Shown piece by piece: positions 29,976-42,981 of a DNA stretch of 64,000 nucleotides. Within the stretch, counting starts at the first letter, position 1. Each line of letters starts with the position of its first letter. The position numbers were made by a program, and so were the translations under genes. Source of the stretch: Eledone cirrhosa (lineage: Eukaryota); contig OZ024747.1 in NCBI GenBank assembly GCA_964016885.1, positions 38,936,001-39,000,000 on the forward strand, written 5' to 3'. A model generated the notes under the pieces. It was not told the origin of the DNA. It did not search any database and worked only from the letters and a program-made list of their open reading frames with translations.

Positions 29976-30623
29976 GTCTTTGGGGTTTGAATTATTCTTA
30001 ACTCTTCTATAAACTGTTCTTAAATCATTGAAACTGCCTTTCAAATAGGAATGTGAAAGTAATCTATCGTCAAATATCTCCACATATCTAAATATCTCAA
30101 TAATAATCTAAACTATTAATGAGCATGCACCGTGAAATCACATATATATTTTGTACGAAATCATGTATAAATAAAATAAATTCAATTCCATTGTCAATGT
30201 TTGTATAAATATGGTATGAACAAACGAACCAATTCTTTTTTCTTACATCTTTATCTATAGATATATATCTGAAATTAAGAATGTCCAAATGTCAGAATAA
30301 TCAACATTTAAATCGACATTTAGAAAATGTGTAAATGATGTTATAGTATATATTTCAGATAGTAGATATGATACAGAAGCATGCTTCTTGTAATGGACAT
30401 TGAAACCGAATAAAGTACTTCAGGTTTATCTTCATTCAATTAAAATTAAAAGAACAATTTCATATTTTCGTTGAAGATCGTCTTTAAAAGCTATATTACT
30501 GTACTACATCATTTTAAATGATATAGTAAATACAGTACGACGAGAAAATTATGTACGAATATCGATATACATTTTAGAAAAACATTTATTTTAAAAAAGA
30601 GGAACTCAATCTCTCTCTCTCTC

Positions 30624-30671
<48 letters not shown>

Positions 30672-30789
30672 TCTCTAGACACACATACATACACACACCC
30701 ACACATATATATATATATATATATTTACATATATATATGCATTTATATATATTAAATATATATATACATATATACTTATTGCTGTTGGT

Positions 30790-31715
30790 AAAAAAATATC
30801 GCGCTAATAGCAAAACTATCTGGCTATTTGCCTCCTTCTCACTCGATGTTAAAACTAATGTAGGAAGAAAATTTAGTCCTCTTAGATAGACACTTTCCCA
30901 TAGGTTACAAAGACCGCTCCGTCTTTAACAGACACAGTATGAAACTAGGATACTCTTGTGCTAAGAATAGGAAGGCCCACATCACCAACGGCCCTAAGAG
31001 AAGCACCGCACCAGGGTGCTCTTGCCGAAAGCCTGTAGCTTGTCCCCTTCAACAACAATGCAACACACAAATCCTATGTAGGTATGGCGGAGGGCGGGTT
31101 AAGAAACGCTTCCTGAACCATCATTCGACCTTTAGATACCTAGACAAACGATCGTCCACGAAACTCGTGAGCCAGGTATGGTACCTCAAAAGCTCCGGCG
31201 TTGACTACTGCATCGAATGGAAAGCTATCACTAAGTCCAAGCCATAGACAATGGGCAATCCGTCCGGTGGACTGTGCATTGAAAAAAGTATTAATATCCT
31301 AAGAAGTTTACACAATAACGATTACCTAAATTCAAGGAATGAGCTTTTTCCACGTTATCCACACGTCTGGAAACACCGTTTACATAATCACAAAGCTCCA
31401 GATTGAATAACATCAACATTCTAATACTCTCATCAACTCGAATAATTTATTCTGGACATTCGAAATTATCTCCTTACACCGTTCTACCGTGAGATTACAT
31501 CGCCTAGGAGAAGTGACCGTTTCTGCGTATACGTATTTATATGGTTGTTTTTCCTTTTCCTTACAACTCCACTCAGACGGAGCTGAAGATCCGCTTAAGG
31601 TAAAACATGTTTTCTCGATATGGTAGACTAACTGTTGTGGAACTACTTCTACCAAACTCGTCCCATGGTCTGAGTGCTTTACTACAACGGATATAACTTT
31701 CCGTATTCTACTAGA
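30790..31715 (+). mobile_element. 5'-truncated degenerate PLE (linker, GIY-YIG, 3' end)
   Basis: KLGYSC, CSCRKPVACPL, KKRFLNHHSTFR, IEWKAI, LNSRNEL motifs; decayed HHR at 31579-31615 (CTGAAGA...AAAAC). Confidence 0.85.
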
Positions 31716-31783
31716 GTATACACACACGCACACACATACACACACACACACGCACGCGCACACACACACACACACACACACGT

Positions 31784-31865
<82 letters not shown>

Positions 31866-31879
31866 AGATATATATATAG

Positions 31880-34020
31880 TAATAATAATAAATTTGAAGA
31901 CTAAAATCCAAAGAGGGCTCGATAAGGATAAATATATATCAAATATATAAGAACCGTAGAGTAAATATTTATTAAAATAACAGATTAAAGTTTAAGAAAA
32001 GAATCGCTGCTTTCACCCTTAACGGGATCTTCTGAAACTGACAAAGTCAATTTGTAAACGCAGAAGTGAATATTTCAAAAAACGTTGCAATCGGAGGAAA
32101 ACAGGAAGACGATACTTTGGTTTGTGGAAACGTTCCCTGGCAAAGAACGGGAAAAAACGAATATAAACGTCATTATTTGGAGCGGTGAAAAACAATTACA
32201 CGCAAAGACAGAACCACGTTTATGGTATAAAAGAAGTCGTAGACTAATATTATCTTAGGTGGTTCATAGAGACGTTCTCTGGCAATGAACGGAAAAACGA
32301 AGATAATACGTCATATGTGGATCGTGGAGAACAATTGCACGCAAAGACAAAACCACGTAAATGGTATAACTGAAGTCGTAGACTAACATTCTAACTAGGA
32401 AACCGAATGATTCTCCGCTTCAGAGTTAAGAATAAAGTAAATAAAATTCAGAGGTAATTGAAATTGAATAAATACATACACGCATCCCAAAACGTACATA
32501 CACAAGCATACGCGAAAACACTCGCCATAGGTATACAAATACACGCACATATACATATGTGTGTATGTGTGTGCGTCTATACAAATAATTAAATAAACGT
32601 ATATAAATAAATAAATACGTATATAACAAGCGAACACACATACATACATGTAAATACACAAATGTTCGGAGACTACGACAACCAAAACACGATGTACACA
32701 TATACACACACCCTACATACGTACGAACCCGCATACTCGCACAGACGCAAAACTCACGTATACACATAACCAAAAGCATATGTACCAGAATATATAAAAT
32801 ATACGCCATAACATATACAATCAAATATACGTACGAGAAGGTATACGTAAACATACAGGTATTATATACTTACCTATGCAAATAAGTAATGGTATTAACA
32901 TATCATATACTTAGCTACCACATCAAGACGTAAAATATCCGCGTATAGATCGTACGATCCGTTAGGGTATAATGTGGGGCTGTAATACAGGAAAGTGTTG
33001 TGCAATTTATGTTTACAAGCCGAAATTGCCTCAGATGTTTTGTTTAAGATGTGGTCTGTGGCTTAGAGTATTTCCAGGGTCTCAGCGGCGAAGAGGTCAC
33101 ATGGTCTTTTATTTCCGTTATACAATCTTGCCCTAGCTAGGATATCCCAGTGTAAATTATATTGGGTGTGGTTGTCTTTTAGACTCCAGATATAAGCTGA
33201 AAGTGACCTCATATTCTTTCTTAGAGGGTAACGAAAAGAATGGGTATGCATGTAAAGACGCTGCTTGAACCTATTTGCGGGTAACCCTATGTAGGCCCTA
33301 CTGGACGTGGCTGTTTCAACCATACATTTGTAGACAATGTTACTAGAGAGGCATTTCCCGGATAGGGGGCAATCAACCCGATTCCTACAATTACAGTTAG
33401 TACTAACTACAGGGTTGCACGTGTTCCTACGACTAGGTAGTTTAGTTTAATTTGAAGCTGTGATGTTATGTGCAAGGTTAGGAGTCATAGAGTAAGAAAT
33501 TCTAATACTATTTCTATAAAAAATTTACTATATTTATGTGTAGGGGGAAATTGCTTCGTAATAACGGATAGAAAGATCTTAGCTAATTGTGTGGCCACCT
33601 CCATATTATATGGTGGGTTATACAATATAATGCTTCGGGATCTATTTCTTCTAGGTATATTCTCGTACTCTGTATATGCTACCTTATCGACAAATCCACT
33701 CCGAGCAAGAGCTTCATTGTAGTATGTGGAATAGTCGTTGAAAATATGCTCGTTAGTAGATAGACGGGAAAGCCTCAACGAAACGTTTCTTACCAGGTTC
33801 TTGGTTATGCTGGCAGGATGGTTAGAATGCTTACTTATGTAATTAAGCGTATCATTCGGCTTTCTATACGGATAATACAAGCCATTCGATAAATTGAGGG
33901 TAACATCGAGGTAATTAACGACCGAAAGGTTGGCCTCAACCTGTATAGAGGGGTTGAAGCCTTTAAAGAAGGCTGTGAGTTCTTTTCTGAATCTGTCGCA
34001 AGCACGAGGGTATAACATAA
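31880..34020 (-). mobile_element. 5'-truncated PLE: RT thumb, GIY-YIG and long 3' region
   Basis: ORFs 33485-34018 (VNYLDVTL, YRKPN, SNHP, YNPPY) and 33063-33323 (AYIG, FKQRLYMH); LNKTSEAISACKHK; 3' region with an RY-rich tract and a ~143-bp duplication (32125-32395). Confidence 0.8.
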
Positions 34021-34059
34021 CAGGAGGCTGGACTGGTGTACTTCCTTGAAAGATTTATT

Positions 34060-34116
34060 ATACTATGATCATTTCAATGACCGGGCTCAGTATGAATCAG
34101 GGGACATCATCAGGTA
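34060..34116 (-). ncRNA. Type I hammerhead ribozyme, canonical core
   Basis: atac-CTGATGA-tgtcc...ggtcatt-GAAA-tgatca-TA-gtat; palindromic stem III atgatcat. Confidence 0.7.
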
Positions 34117-34439
34117 TTTGAAATATAAAAGAAGGAATACAATACACAAAATCCATGGGGCTGAAAAATCAGAGACATAATGGCGACCGAACTTTCAGCA
34201 TCTTCTACCTTGGCCGGCCGCCCTTAAGTAGTGACTATTAAGCCTACTTATGTCCATCTGGTGAAGGGGCGTAAGCTTATCATGTACTACAACCGCTCGT
34301 CAAAGACAGAGGCTAGCGCTGAGATCAGGTCACAATCAATATATACATATATATATCTATCGACTTTCGTCAAATCGGACCGAGTAAACAATGTTTTCGT
34401 CGGTCTTTCCAGTTGCTAATACTATCTATTGGTCGCAAT

Positions 34440-34561
34440 TCCAGGTAGAAGGTGCAACGAGAAATAAAGAGTCTTGCTCAAGGACATAACGCATCGTATG
34501 GTCCAGGAATAGAACACACAACCTCAATAATGTGAATCCAATTCTCTAACCACTCAGCCAC
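34440..34561 (-). mobile_element. Second SINE type, decayed (tRNA head plus gtccttgagcaagac motif)
   Basis: Minus strand gtggctgagtggttagag...gtgttctattcc...gtccttgagcaagac. Confidence 0.55.
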
Positions 34562-34734
34562 ATATATATAATAGGGTTAAAGTATCGTAAGAGAGGATGA
34601 ACCAGAGAAGTAGAAAGAGGTGCGATACAGAATACTAAATGTCAATAGCCGAAGTGTGGTGCGCTCGATGCTTGGGTGAACAGGGTTAACTATTAGATGA
34701 ATTAATATTTAGTGTATGGCTTAAGCAGAGCGGG

Positions 34735-34855
34735 AATAAGCAAATGAATGAGTGAATGAAGGAGATACAAGCCGTTAAAACAATTCTTTATATATAAGAG
34801 TTATATAAAGAATTGTTTTAACGGCTTGATTCTCCTTCATTCACTCATTCATTTG

Positions 34856-34860
<5 letters not shown>
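34735..34860. repeat. Fold-back inverted repeat (~55-bp arms) ending in (TA)n
   Basis: ataagcaaatgaatg...caattcttta / taaagaattg...catttgcttat. Confidence 0.8.
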
Positions 34861-34940
<80 letters not shown>

Positions 34941-34986
34941 CTTATCGAGCCCTCATGGATTTTAGCCTTGAGGTTTATTATTATTA

Positions 34987-35061
<75 letters not shown>

Positions 35062-35332
35062 ATAGGAGGACGATACTTTCGTTTGTGATGATATTCCCTG
35101 GCAAAGAACGAAAAAGAAGCGAAGATAATACCTCGTCATGTGGAGTGTTGAGAACAATTTCACACAAAGACAAGAAAAACTAAACCTGGTCTGTGGTATA
35201 AATGGAGTCATTAGACTAATATTCTATTCAGGAAACCGAATGATTCACCGCCCTCGGAGATTAAGAATAACGTAAAGACATTTTTTTAACGAAAATGACA
35301 GAGGTAGTAATGATATTTGGTCTGAGGTTTCA

Positions 35333-35371
<39 letters not shown>

Positions 35372-35483
35372 TAGAATATTCGAAAATATTCTGTATGTTT
35401 ATAATAAACATTTTGAAGACCTAATCGCTATAGAATAGAATACGTCACGTATTACAATTAGATTCTCGATAAAAGCAAGGGAA

Positions 35484-35526
35484 GTAATCTACGCGTTTCA
35501 TTCTTGTTAGAAATCTTCAGGACTAC
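35484..35526 (-). ncRNA. Minimal type I HHR (also 35794-35836, 36104-36146, 36414-36456)
   Basis: Reverse complement of 36563-36605. Confidence 0.85.
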
Positions 35527-36562
35527 ATATCCAGTGCTTTTATCGAGAATGACACAGCTAGAGACTTATAGAATACTTAGCTGTGTACAGGAACTGGTTT
35601 GAAAGAGCGGTTGCCGGTCCGGCAGAAATTAGAAATTGGAATAAATGCTCTGAAATAGCGATATATATGTGAATATAGACATAGAATATTCGAAAATATT
35701 CTGTATGTTTATAATAAACATTTTGAAGACCTAATCGCTATAGAATAGAATACGTCACGTATTACAATTAGATTCTCGATAAAAGCAAGGGAAGTAATCT
35801 ACGCGTTTCATTCTTGTTAGAAATCTTCAGGACTACATATCCAGTGCTTTTATCGAGAATGACACAGCTAGAGACTTATAGAATACTTAGCTGTGTACAG
35901 GAACTGGTTTGAAAGAGCGGTTGCCGGTCCGGCAGAAATTAGAAATTGGAATAAATGCTCTGAAATAGCGATATATATGTGAATATAGACATAGAATATT
36001 CGAAAATATTCTGTATGTTTATAATAAACATTTTGAAGACCTAATCGCTATAGAATAGAATACGTCACGTATTACAATTAGATTCTCGATAAAAGCAAGG
36101 GAAGTAATCTACGCGTTTCATTCTTGTTAGAAATCTTCAGGACTACATATCCAGTGCTTTTATCGAGAATGACACAGCTAGAGACTTATAGAATACTTAG
36201 CTGTGTACAGGAACTGGTTTGAAAGAGCGGTTGCCGGTCCGGCAGAAATTAGAAATTGGAATAAATGCTCTGAAATAGCGATATATATGTGAATATAGAC
36301 ATAGAATATTCGAAAATATTCTGTATGTTTATAATAAACATTTTGAAGACCTAATCGCTATAGAATAGAATACGTCACGTATTACAATTAGATTCTCGAT
36401 AAAAGCAAGGGAAGTAATCTACGCGTTTCATTCTTGTTAGAAATCTTCAGGACTACATATCCAGTGCTTTTATCGAGAATGACACAGCTAGAGACTTATA
36501 GAATACTTAGCTGTGTACTATAAGTCTCTAGCTGTGTCATTCTCGATAAAAGCACTGGATAT

Positions 36563-36605
36563 GTAGTCCTGAAGATTTCTAACAAGAATGAAACGCGTAG
36601 ATTAC
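36563..36605 (+). ncRNA. Minimal type I HHR (also 36873-36915, 37183-37225)
   Basis: gtagtc-CTGAAGA-tttctaacaagaat-GAAAC-gc-GTA-gattac; palindromic stem III acgcgt; enclosed by a 16-bp outer stem attctcgataaaagca/tgcttttatcgagaat. Confidence 0.87.
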
Positions 36606-37378
36606 TTCCCTTGCTTTTATCGAGAATCTAATTGTAATACGTGACGTATTCTATTCTATAGCGATTAGGTCTTCAAAATGTTTATTATAAACATACAGAA
36701 TATTTTCGAATATTCTATGTCTATATTCACATATATATCGCTAATTCAGAGCATTTATTCCAATTTCTAATTTCTGCCGGACCGGCAACCGCTCTTTCAA
36801 ACCAGTTCCTGTACACAGCTAAGTATTCTATAAGTCTCTAGCTGTGTCATTCTCGATAAAAGCACTGGATATGTAGTCCTGAAGATTTCTAACAAGAATG
36901 AAACGCGTAGATTACTTCCCTTGCTTTTATCGAGAATCTAATTGTAATACGTGACGTATTCTATTCTATAGCGATTAGGTCTTCAAAATGTTTATTATAA
37001 ACATACAGAATATTTTCGAATATTCTATGTCTATATTCACATATATATCGCTATTTCAGAGCATTTATTCCAATTTCTAATTTCTGCCGGACCGGCAACC
37101 GCTCTTTCAAACCAGTTCCTGTACACAGCTAAGTATTCTATAAGTCTCTAGCTGTGTCATTCTCGATAAAAGCACTGGATATGTAGTCCTGAAGATTTCT
37201 AACAAGAATGAAACGCGTAGATTACTTCCCTTGCTTTTATCGAGAATCTAATTGTAATACGTGACGTATTCTATTCTATAGCGATTAGGTCTTCAAAATG
37301 TTTATTATAAACATACAGAATATTTTCGAATATTCTATGTCTATATTCACATATATATCGCTATTTCAGAGCATTTAT

Positions 37379-37716
<338 letters not shown>

Positions 37717-37750
37717 CACACGAATCAAAGCTACGTTCAAAGCATTTATT

Positions 37751-37797
37751 CACTTACAATTGTTTCATCCAAACCTAGGCTTGAATTCTTCGGACCA
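37751..37797 (-). ncRNA. HHR with CCGAAGA core (partner copy 38437-38481 on +, GTA>TTA)
   Basis: CCGAAGA-attcaagc-ctag-gtttggat-GAAAC-aatt-GTA. Confidence 0.65.
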
Positions 37798-37889
37798 TTT
37801 TTCAATGTTTGTACACATAATTGACCTCCTTTCCAACGCAAGAGACATACAGATACATATGTATATATTGATGTACAGTGGAGTGACAT

Positions 37890-38072
37890 TGGTGGATTGG
37901 CAGTATCGGTAGAGGGTCGGACGCCATGCTTTCCAGCATAGTTAAGTCCCTTTACTATCTGAGTTCAAATCCCGCCGAGGTTTACTCTGCCTTTCATTCT
38001 TACGGGGTCGATAAAATAAAGTACGAGTAGTGCACTGAGTAAATGCTGGCCTTGTGCCTAAAGTAGAAGCAA
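37890..38072 (+). mobile_element. SINE copy
   Basis: Full head, central domain and tail. Confidence 0.88.
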
Positions 38073-38578
38073 TTATTTCTGTATAGCAATTCAAATTCAA
38101 AATCAAAATCAAAAGTGCTTGTATTACAGGTAACACCCTGCCACACAATAATCTTATATAAATGAGACACACGTGCATGCCCCACGTGTAACTAACGCAT
38201 ACACTAACTACTACATCTGACTAACAAACTATCCTCTAGCATTATCTATGTTAATTGCCGATTGTATTTTAATTTTGTATTAATTTTAATTTTTATATTG
38301 ATTTTGAATTTGAATTGCTATACAGAAATAATATAGTATAATATATGTCACTCCACTGTACATCAATATATACATGTGTACTTGTATGTCTCTTGCGTTG
38401 GAAAGGAGGTCAATTATGTGTACAAACATTGAAAAATGCTCCGAAGATCAAGCCAAGGTTTGGATGAAACAATTTTAAGTGAATAAATGCTTTGAACAGC
38501 TTTGATTATTGTGAATTCTATATAACTGCTCTGTAGAACAACTGATGTTATTACATTGAGCTATTTATCTTACTGGTA

Positions 38579-38765
38579 GGGCGGTGGATTGGCAGTATCA
38601 GTAGAGGGTCGGACGCCATGCTTTCCAGCATAGTTACGTCCCATTACGATTTGAGTTCAAATCCTGCCGAGGTTGACTTTGCTTTTCACCCTTACGGGGT
38701 CGATAAAATAAAGTACCAGTAATGCACTGGTTAATTGCTGGCCTTGTGCCTAAAGTAGAGACAGC
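38579..38765 (+). mobile_element. SINE copy with ~20-bp target-site duplication
   Basis: agctatttatcttactggta on both sides. Confidence 0.9.
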
Positions 38766-38876
38766 TATTTATCTTACTGGTAATAAGGTAGTAATAAATT
38801 ACTGACCTTCACTGTTTAAGGTTTAAAATATATATAACTATTGTATATACATAACCATAATTAGTATCCTTAATAT

Positions 38877-38931
<55 letters not shown>

Positions 38932-38932
38932 G

Positions 38933-39562
38933 TATCATAAAACGTGTCTATAGAATCACCAGATAAAATATATACCGTTTCCTCTCCCATTAGCATAATT
39001 AACCATATACAAAACCAATTAGACCAAGCTATGAGAATAAAAGCTCCTGTATTGGGCTGCGCTTTCTAGCAAAAAGCCTACCAGCCGTAAGCAACTAGTC
39101 ACATCCTTTCTAACTTGACCGCTGCCACGTCATGATTCTTAGCCTTTTTGAATGTATTCTTGGCGCGATCTCTTTGGAAAATTAATTGTCTAAATTTGCG
39201 CTAACTTCCTGAACAATCCGAAGCTCTAGATATCCAATGTTATCGGATGTCTTAAAATGCGGATGAAACCCTAGTAGAGGTAATTAAATATGTACACTTT
39301 TTCTTTTAGTTTATTTTACACCTAATTCTGTTTAGTTGACTGTATATCTGGTCTATACATACATGCTGTCGAAATATTCGATAAATGATCCGTCGTAACC
39401 GCCGCGAAGGGGCTGCTTTCGGTTATTTGTCGGAGATTTCTTCATAGGAGCCTTTATTCTTATAGCTTGGTCTAATTGATTTTTTATATGGTTAATTATG
39501 CTAATTGGGAGAGGAAACGGTATATATTTTATCTGGTGATTCTGTAGACATGTTTTATGATA
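38933..39562. mobile_element. Older fold-back insertion (~115-bp diverged arms, ~400-bp spacer)
   Basis: 38934-49049-type arm at 38934-39049 vs 39445-39562; the right arm has gaaacggta (HHR 3' half). Confidence 0.65.
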
Positions 39563-39699
39563 TATAGCTCTGATTATTTAATTTATTAATTCTTCATTGA
39601 GCCACAAAGTGACCCGTTACAAAACACATATATATTTATGACATTATATATATATATATGTAAACCTTTATATGTATAGATAAATATATATATATATAG

Positions 39700-39943
39700 A
39701 GAGAGGAAAAAAGATGAAATTGAAAATGCAACTGGAGTGTTATTTTAAAAAAAATATAGATATTTATTTGGTTCCTTTACCGGTTTCGCATTTCTTCTGC
39801 TTTTCAAAAGTAGAGTTGAGATGGAGGGTCTTTGGTTTTTCTCACATCAGATGTGAGAAAAATCACAGACCCTTCATCACAACTCTACTTTTGAAAAGCA
39901 GAAGAAATGCGAAACCGGTAAAGGAACCAAATAAATATCTATA
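39700..39943. mobile_element. pLTR fold-back (39755-39943) with U3:A8-variant HHR (39888-39923 on +)
   Basis: ctt-TTGAAAA-gca gaagaaa tgc-GAAAC-cg-GTA-aag; a further copy of the family lies at 50715-50925. Confidence 0.65.
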
Positions 39944-42905
39944 CCTCCTCAATGAAATCCATAAGGACCTCCCTTACCTCAACGGTGGTTTGTACCGCGA
40001 TGATGCACTTCTACTTATAGAATATAAAAAAATTTATATAGAAAGAACTAGAAAACAACTGCATAAGACATTCAAAAACTTTAACCTTAGTATCACCATG
40101 GACAAAAACACTAAAAATGTTAACTTCCTAGACGCCACACTATACCTAGACTCAAAAATATATACACCTTTTCATGAGCCTAATGAGAAACTTATTTACG
40201 TAGATACCAAGTCTAATCACCCTAGATCAATATTAAACTCTATCTCTAAGGGAGTGTCCAATTGAATCTCGAGTCTGTCCTATGACGCAAACATATTTAG
40301 CAAAAACTCACAATATTACAATCAAGCATTAGCTAGCTCCGGCCATAATATAGAAATTGAGTTCCTACCTAAGAAAACACATAGCTACAACATCATCTCG
40401 CACAACATGGCCATGAGGAAATCTAATAATAGGAATAGCAACCACAAGTACACCAAAGCGGAGGGTGCCACCGGAAGTAACCATTACCATGGAAACTACT
40501 GTGGGGCCTTAGGAGGAAGCAACACACCAAACACTAAAAGCAAAAATAGAAGAAGAAATAATACATTTTTCAACCCTCCTTTCAACCTAAATGTCTCCAC
40601 CAACATACCTAGGGCTTTCTTCTCACTGCTAGATAAAACCTTCCCTCTAGGACACAAGTACCACAACCTCTTAAACAAAAACACCATTAACATCTCATAC
40701 TCTACGACGCCTAACTTAGCATACCACATAGCTAGCAGCAATAATAGTAAAATTAGTTCTTACTTCCAACAAACAAAATCACAACGAGATGCAAACCCTC
40801 TAAATACCACTGTAGCAAGCAACCATAGCAACGGCAGTAACAATAGAAATAACACTAGTATAAGTAATAACACCAGGGTTGTCAACCCGAACACCCAAAA
40901 TCCTATATCTACCACTCAGACTTCCGCACTGCATTATAAGCAGCGGACTAACGCACAGGATAATTGTAACTGCAGAGCTAATAGAACCTGCCCTTTAGAT
41001 AAAAAATGCCTAACCAAGGATGTCATATACTCATGCACCGTCACGACTAATAACTCTTCAGAAACCTATGTAGGCTCCACTTCTAACTGCTTCAAAATCA
41101 GATACAATTCGCACATCCACTCGTTCAAAAAGCACAGCCTAGCAAACTCCACCTCACTCTCTAGCTACATACACTATCTAAAATCTAAAAATAAACCATA
41201 CACACTCAAATGGGAAGTGATAGGCAGCGCGACCTCGTACAAACCACCTAATAAATTTTGTAACCTCTGTATACTAGAGACACACAATATTATCTTCTCC
41301 AACCGTAACCTACTTAACAAAAAGTCTGAGGTGTTTGCAACTTGCCAGCACCGCCTCAGACATTCCTTCCAAAACTTTAAGCCCAATATATAGCAATGCC
41401 GGACTGGAACCTAACACCACATCTAGCATCAAACACCAGGGACACACCTTATACTACATACCCAATACTAACTGATCCATTATAACACAAACAACGACAT
41501 CCCTCTGGAACCCTTCGCAGGGAGAATACCCATTTATACCTCTACGTCATGTGTGACAACATCCACCCACTTGAACGGCACTACACCGCTCTAAGGGTAA
41601 TTTGAGCATGAATTGATCGGTTGGATAGTGTTGTGCAGAGGAAACACCTTCCTTAGACAGTTGAAAAATGATTTAATCGAGTAACGCTGTTGACCAGTAG
41701 GACCGGGCTGCTGAGCGCAGTGAGTGAATGCATTGCAACTGCCGTGCGGGTTGTACGTATATGGATGATCTGACGGTCGGAGAGGGGTCGCGAGGACTGC
41801 GGATTGATCTTTGGCCGGCCTGGGGATGATTATCTTTCGACATCCAATGTAGCAAGCGATGACCCAGATCTTACCAGAGATCATTGGGTCCTGAAGCAAT
41901 CCTGCAATCACCGCGCCTGGTCATATGAGCAGAGATCATTAATTTAGAATCCTCGCTCATCATCTATAATTTCCATTTGTGGCACCTTACGATGGGTTAA
42001 TACACCATAATAATATGATCACCTTCAGCATAACTTAATTAAACTACTCTATAGTTAATACACTTTATGCTTTAAACATCTCTCTTGGAAGATGCGCATC
42101 ACCATAGAATTTAGGGTCTATATTGGGACACATTTTAATGGCTAGATATAGAAACCCCAGAGTTACCTCCCCGCATACATTAACTCCCCTTAGCAACACA
42201 CACACTTCCGGGCGGTATTCAATGGCGTTTCTCGAAACGTAACAACCTCCTGTATCGAACTAAAGAACACCAGACTACGATCTCTAACTGGATTGTCGTG
42301 GATTATGTGAAGGGCATATAATCGAAAAATACACTCCCCTGACCATGAAAATTCCGAAGTACATGAAATACTTGACATCCCTGCGCTGTGCATCTCCAAT
42401 ACTTATAACATTTTTAATGCTTGCACTATCTTTAATGCTTATAATATTTCTCCACACACAGACTATACCAATCATATAAACAATTTGCCACCAGATCTAC
42501 CAACCTAACACTCTTGTTTACCTACCTAAGTGCCTCTACCACACATATCTCTCTGCCACACTATATAAACAAGACGCACATGCGTGCCACACATATAACA
42601 TTTGCATTATATAACCGCTTATCTTCATGTTGTATTTTAACCCATATTTTTGATTTTTGATTGTACCTATTAATATAAATGTAATCTCGAAGTGTGTACT
42701 GCCACTCTAAATTCTGTAATGAATGTTGACCCACAATGTTTGAATATGTATCAATGTTTGAATATGTATTGGTATGTCTCTCGGCTGAAAAGGAGGTCAT
42801 ATAACTGTTCATGCATTAATAAATTGCTCCGAAGAATCCAAACCTCTGTTTGGAGGAAACAGCTGTAAGCACAATAATGTTTTGAACAGTTCTTTGATTC
42901 TTATA

Positions 42906-42909
<4 letters not shown>
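39944..42909 (+). mobile_element. 5'-truncated Naiad-like PLE: RT C-half, GIY-YIG, 1.5-kb 3' region ending in an HHR
   Basis: GGLYRDDALL, VNFLDATL, SNHP; one in-frame TGA at 40263; FFNPPF, CNC...CPL, VIYSC/TYVGST, CNLC, CQHR; stop at 41393; HHR at 42825; then (TA)n. Confidence 0.92.
42825..42871 (+). ncRNA. Type I HHR, CCGAAGA (U4C) core
   Basis: tgct-CCGAAGA-atccaaac-ctct-gtttggag-GAAAC-agct-GTA-agca. Confidence 0.8.

Positions 42910-42976
<67 letters not shown>

Positions 42977-42981
<5 letters not shown>

Larger units (their letters stand above)
35366..37384. mobile_element. 310-bp HHR-containing tandem array (3.7 units) followed by its inverted copy (2.8 units); retrozyme-like
   Basis: atagac recurs ending at 35370, 35680, 35990 and 36300; inversion at 36518/36519; units essentially identical; no ORF; TA on both sides. 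Confidence 0.92.

Noticed and set aside
31998-32040. HHR at minus-strand cagaaga-tccc..gggt-gaaag
   Set aside because: Stem I and the cleavage triplet cannot be formed. Similar remnants at 16091-16140, ~48275-48310 and 61210-61255 were also too decayed to call.
35366-37384. CRISPR-like array or simple satellite
   Set aside because: No unique spacers; whole units are identical and each holds an HHR.
40263-40265. In-frame TGA as selenocysteine (some Naiad PLEs encode selenoproteins)
   Set aside because: Aligns to Arg in the homologs here (NISLRISG, NVSLRLSR), so CGA>TGA decay is simpler; the conserved Cys codons are ordinary.
41858-41896. SECIS-like ATGA...TGA hairpin
   Set aside because: No apical AA, spacing is non-canonical, and there is no credible Sec codon upstream.
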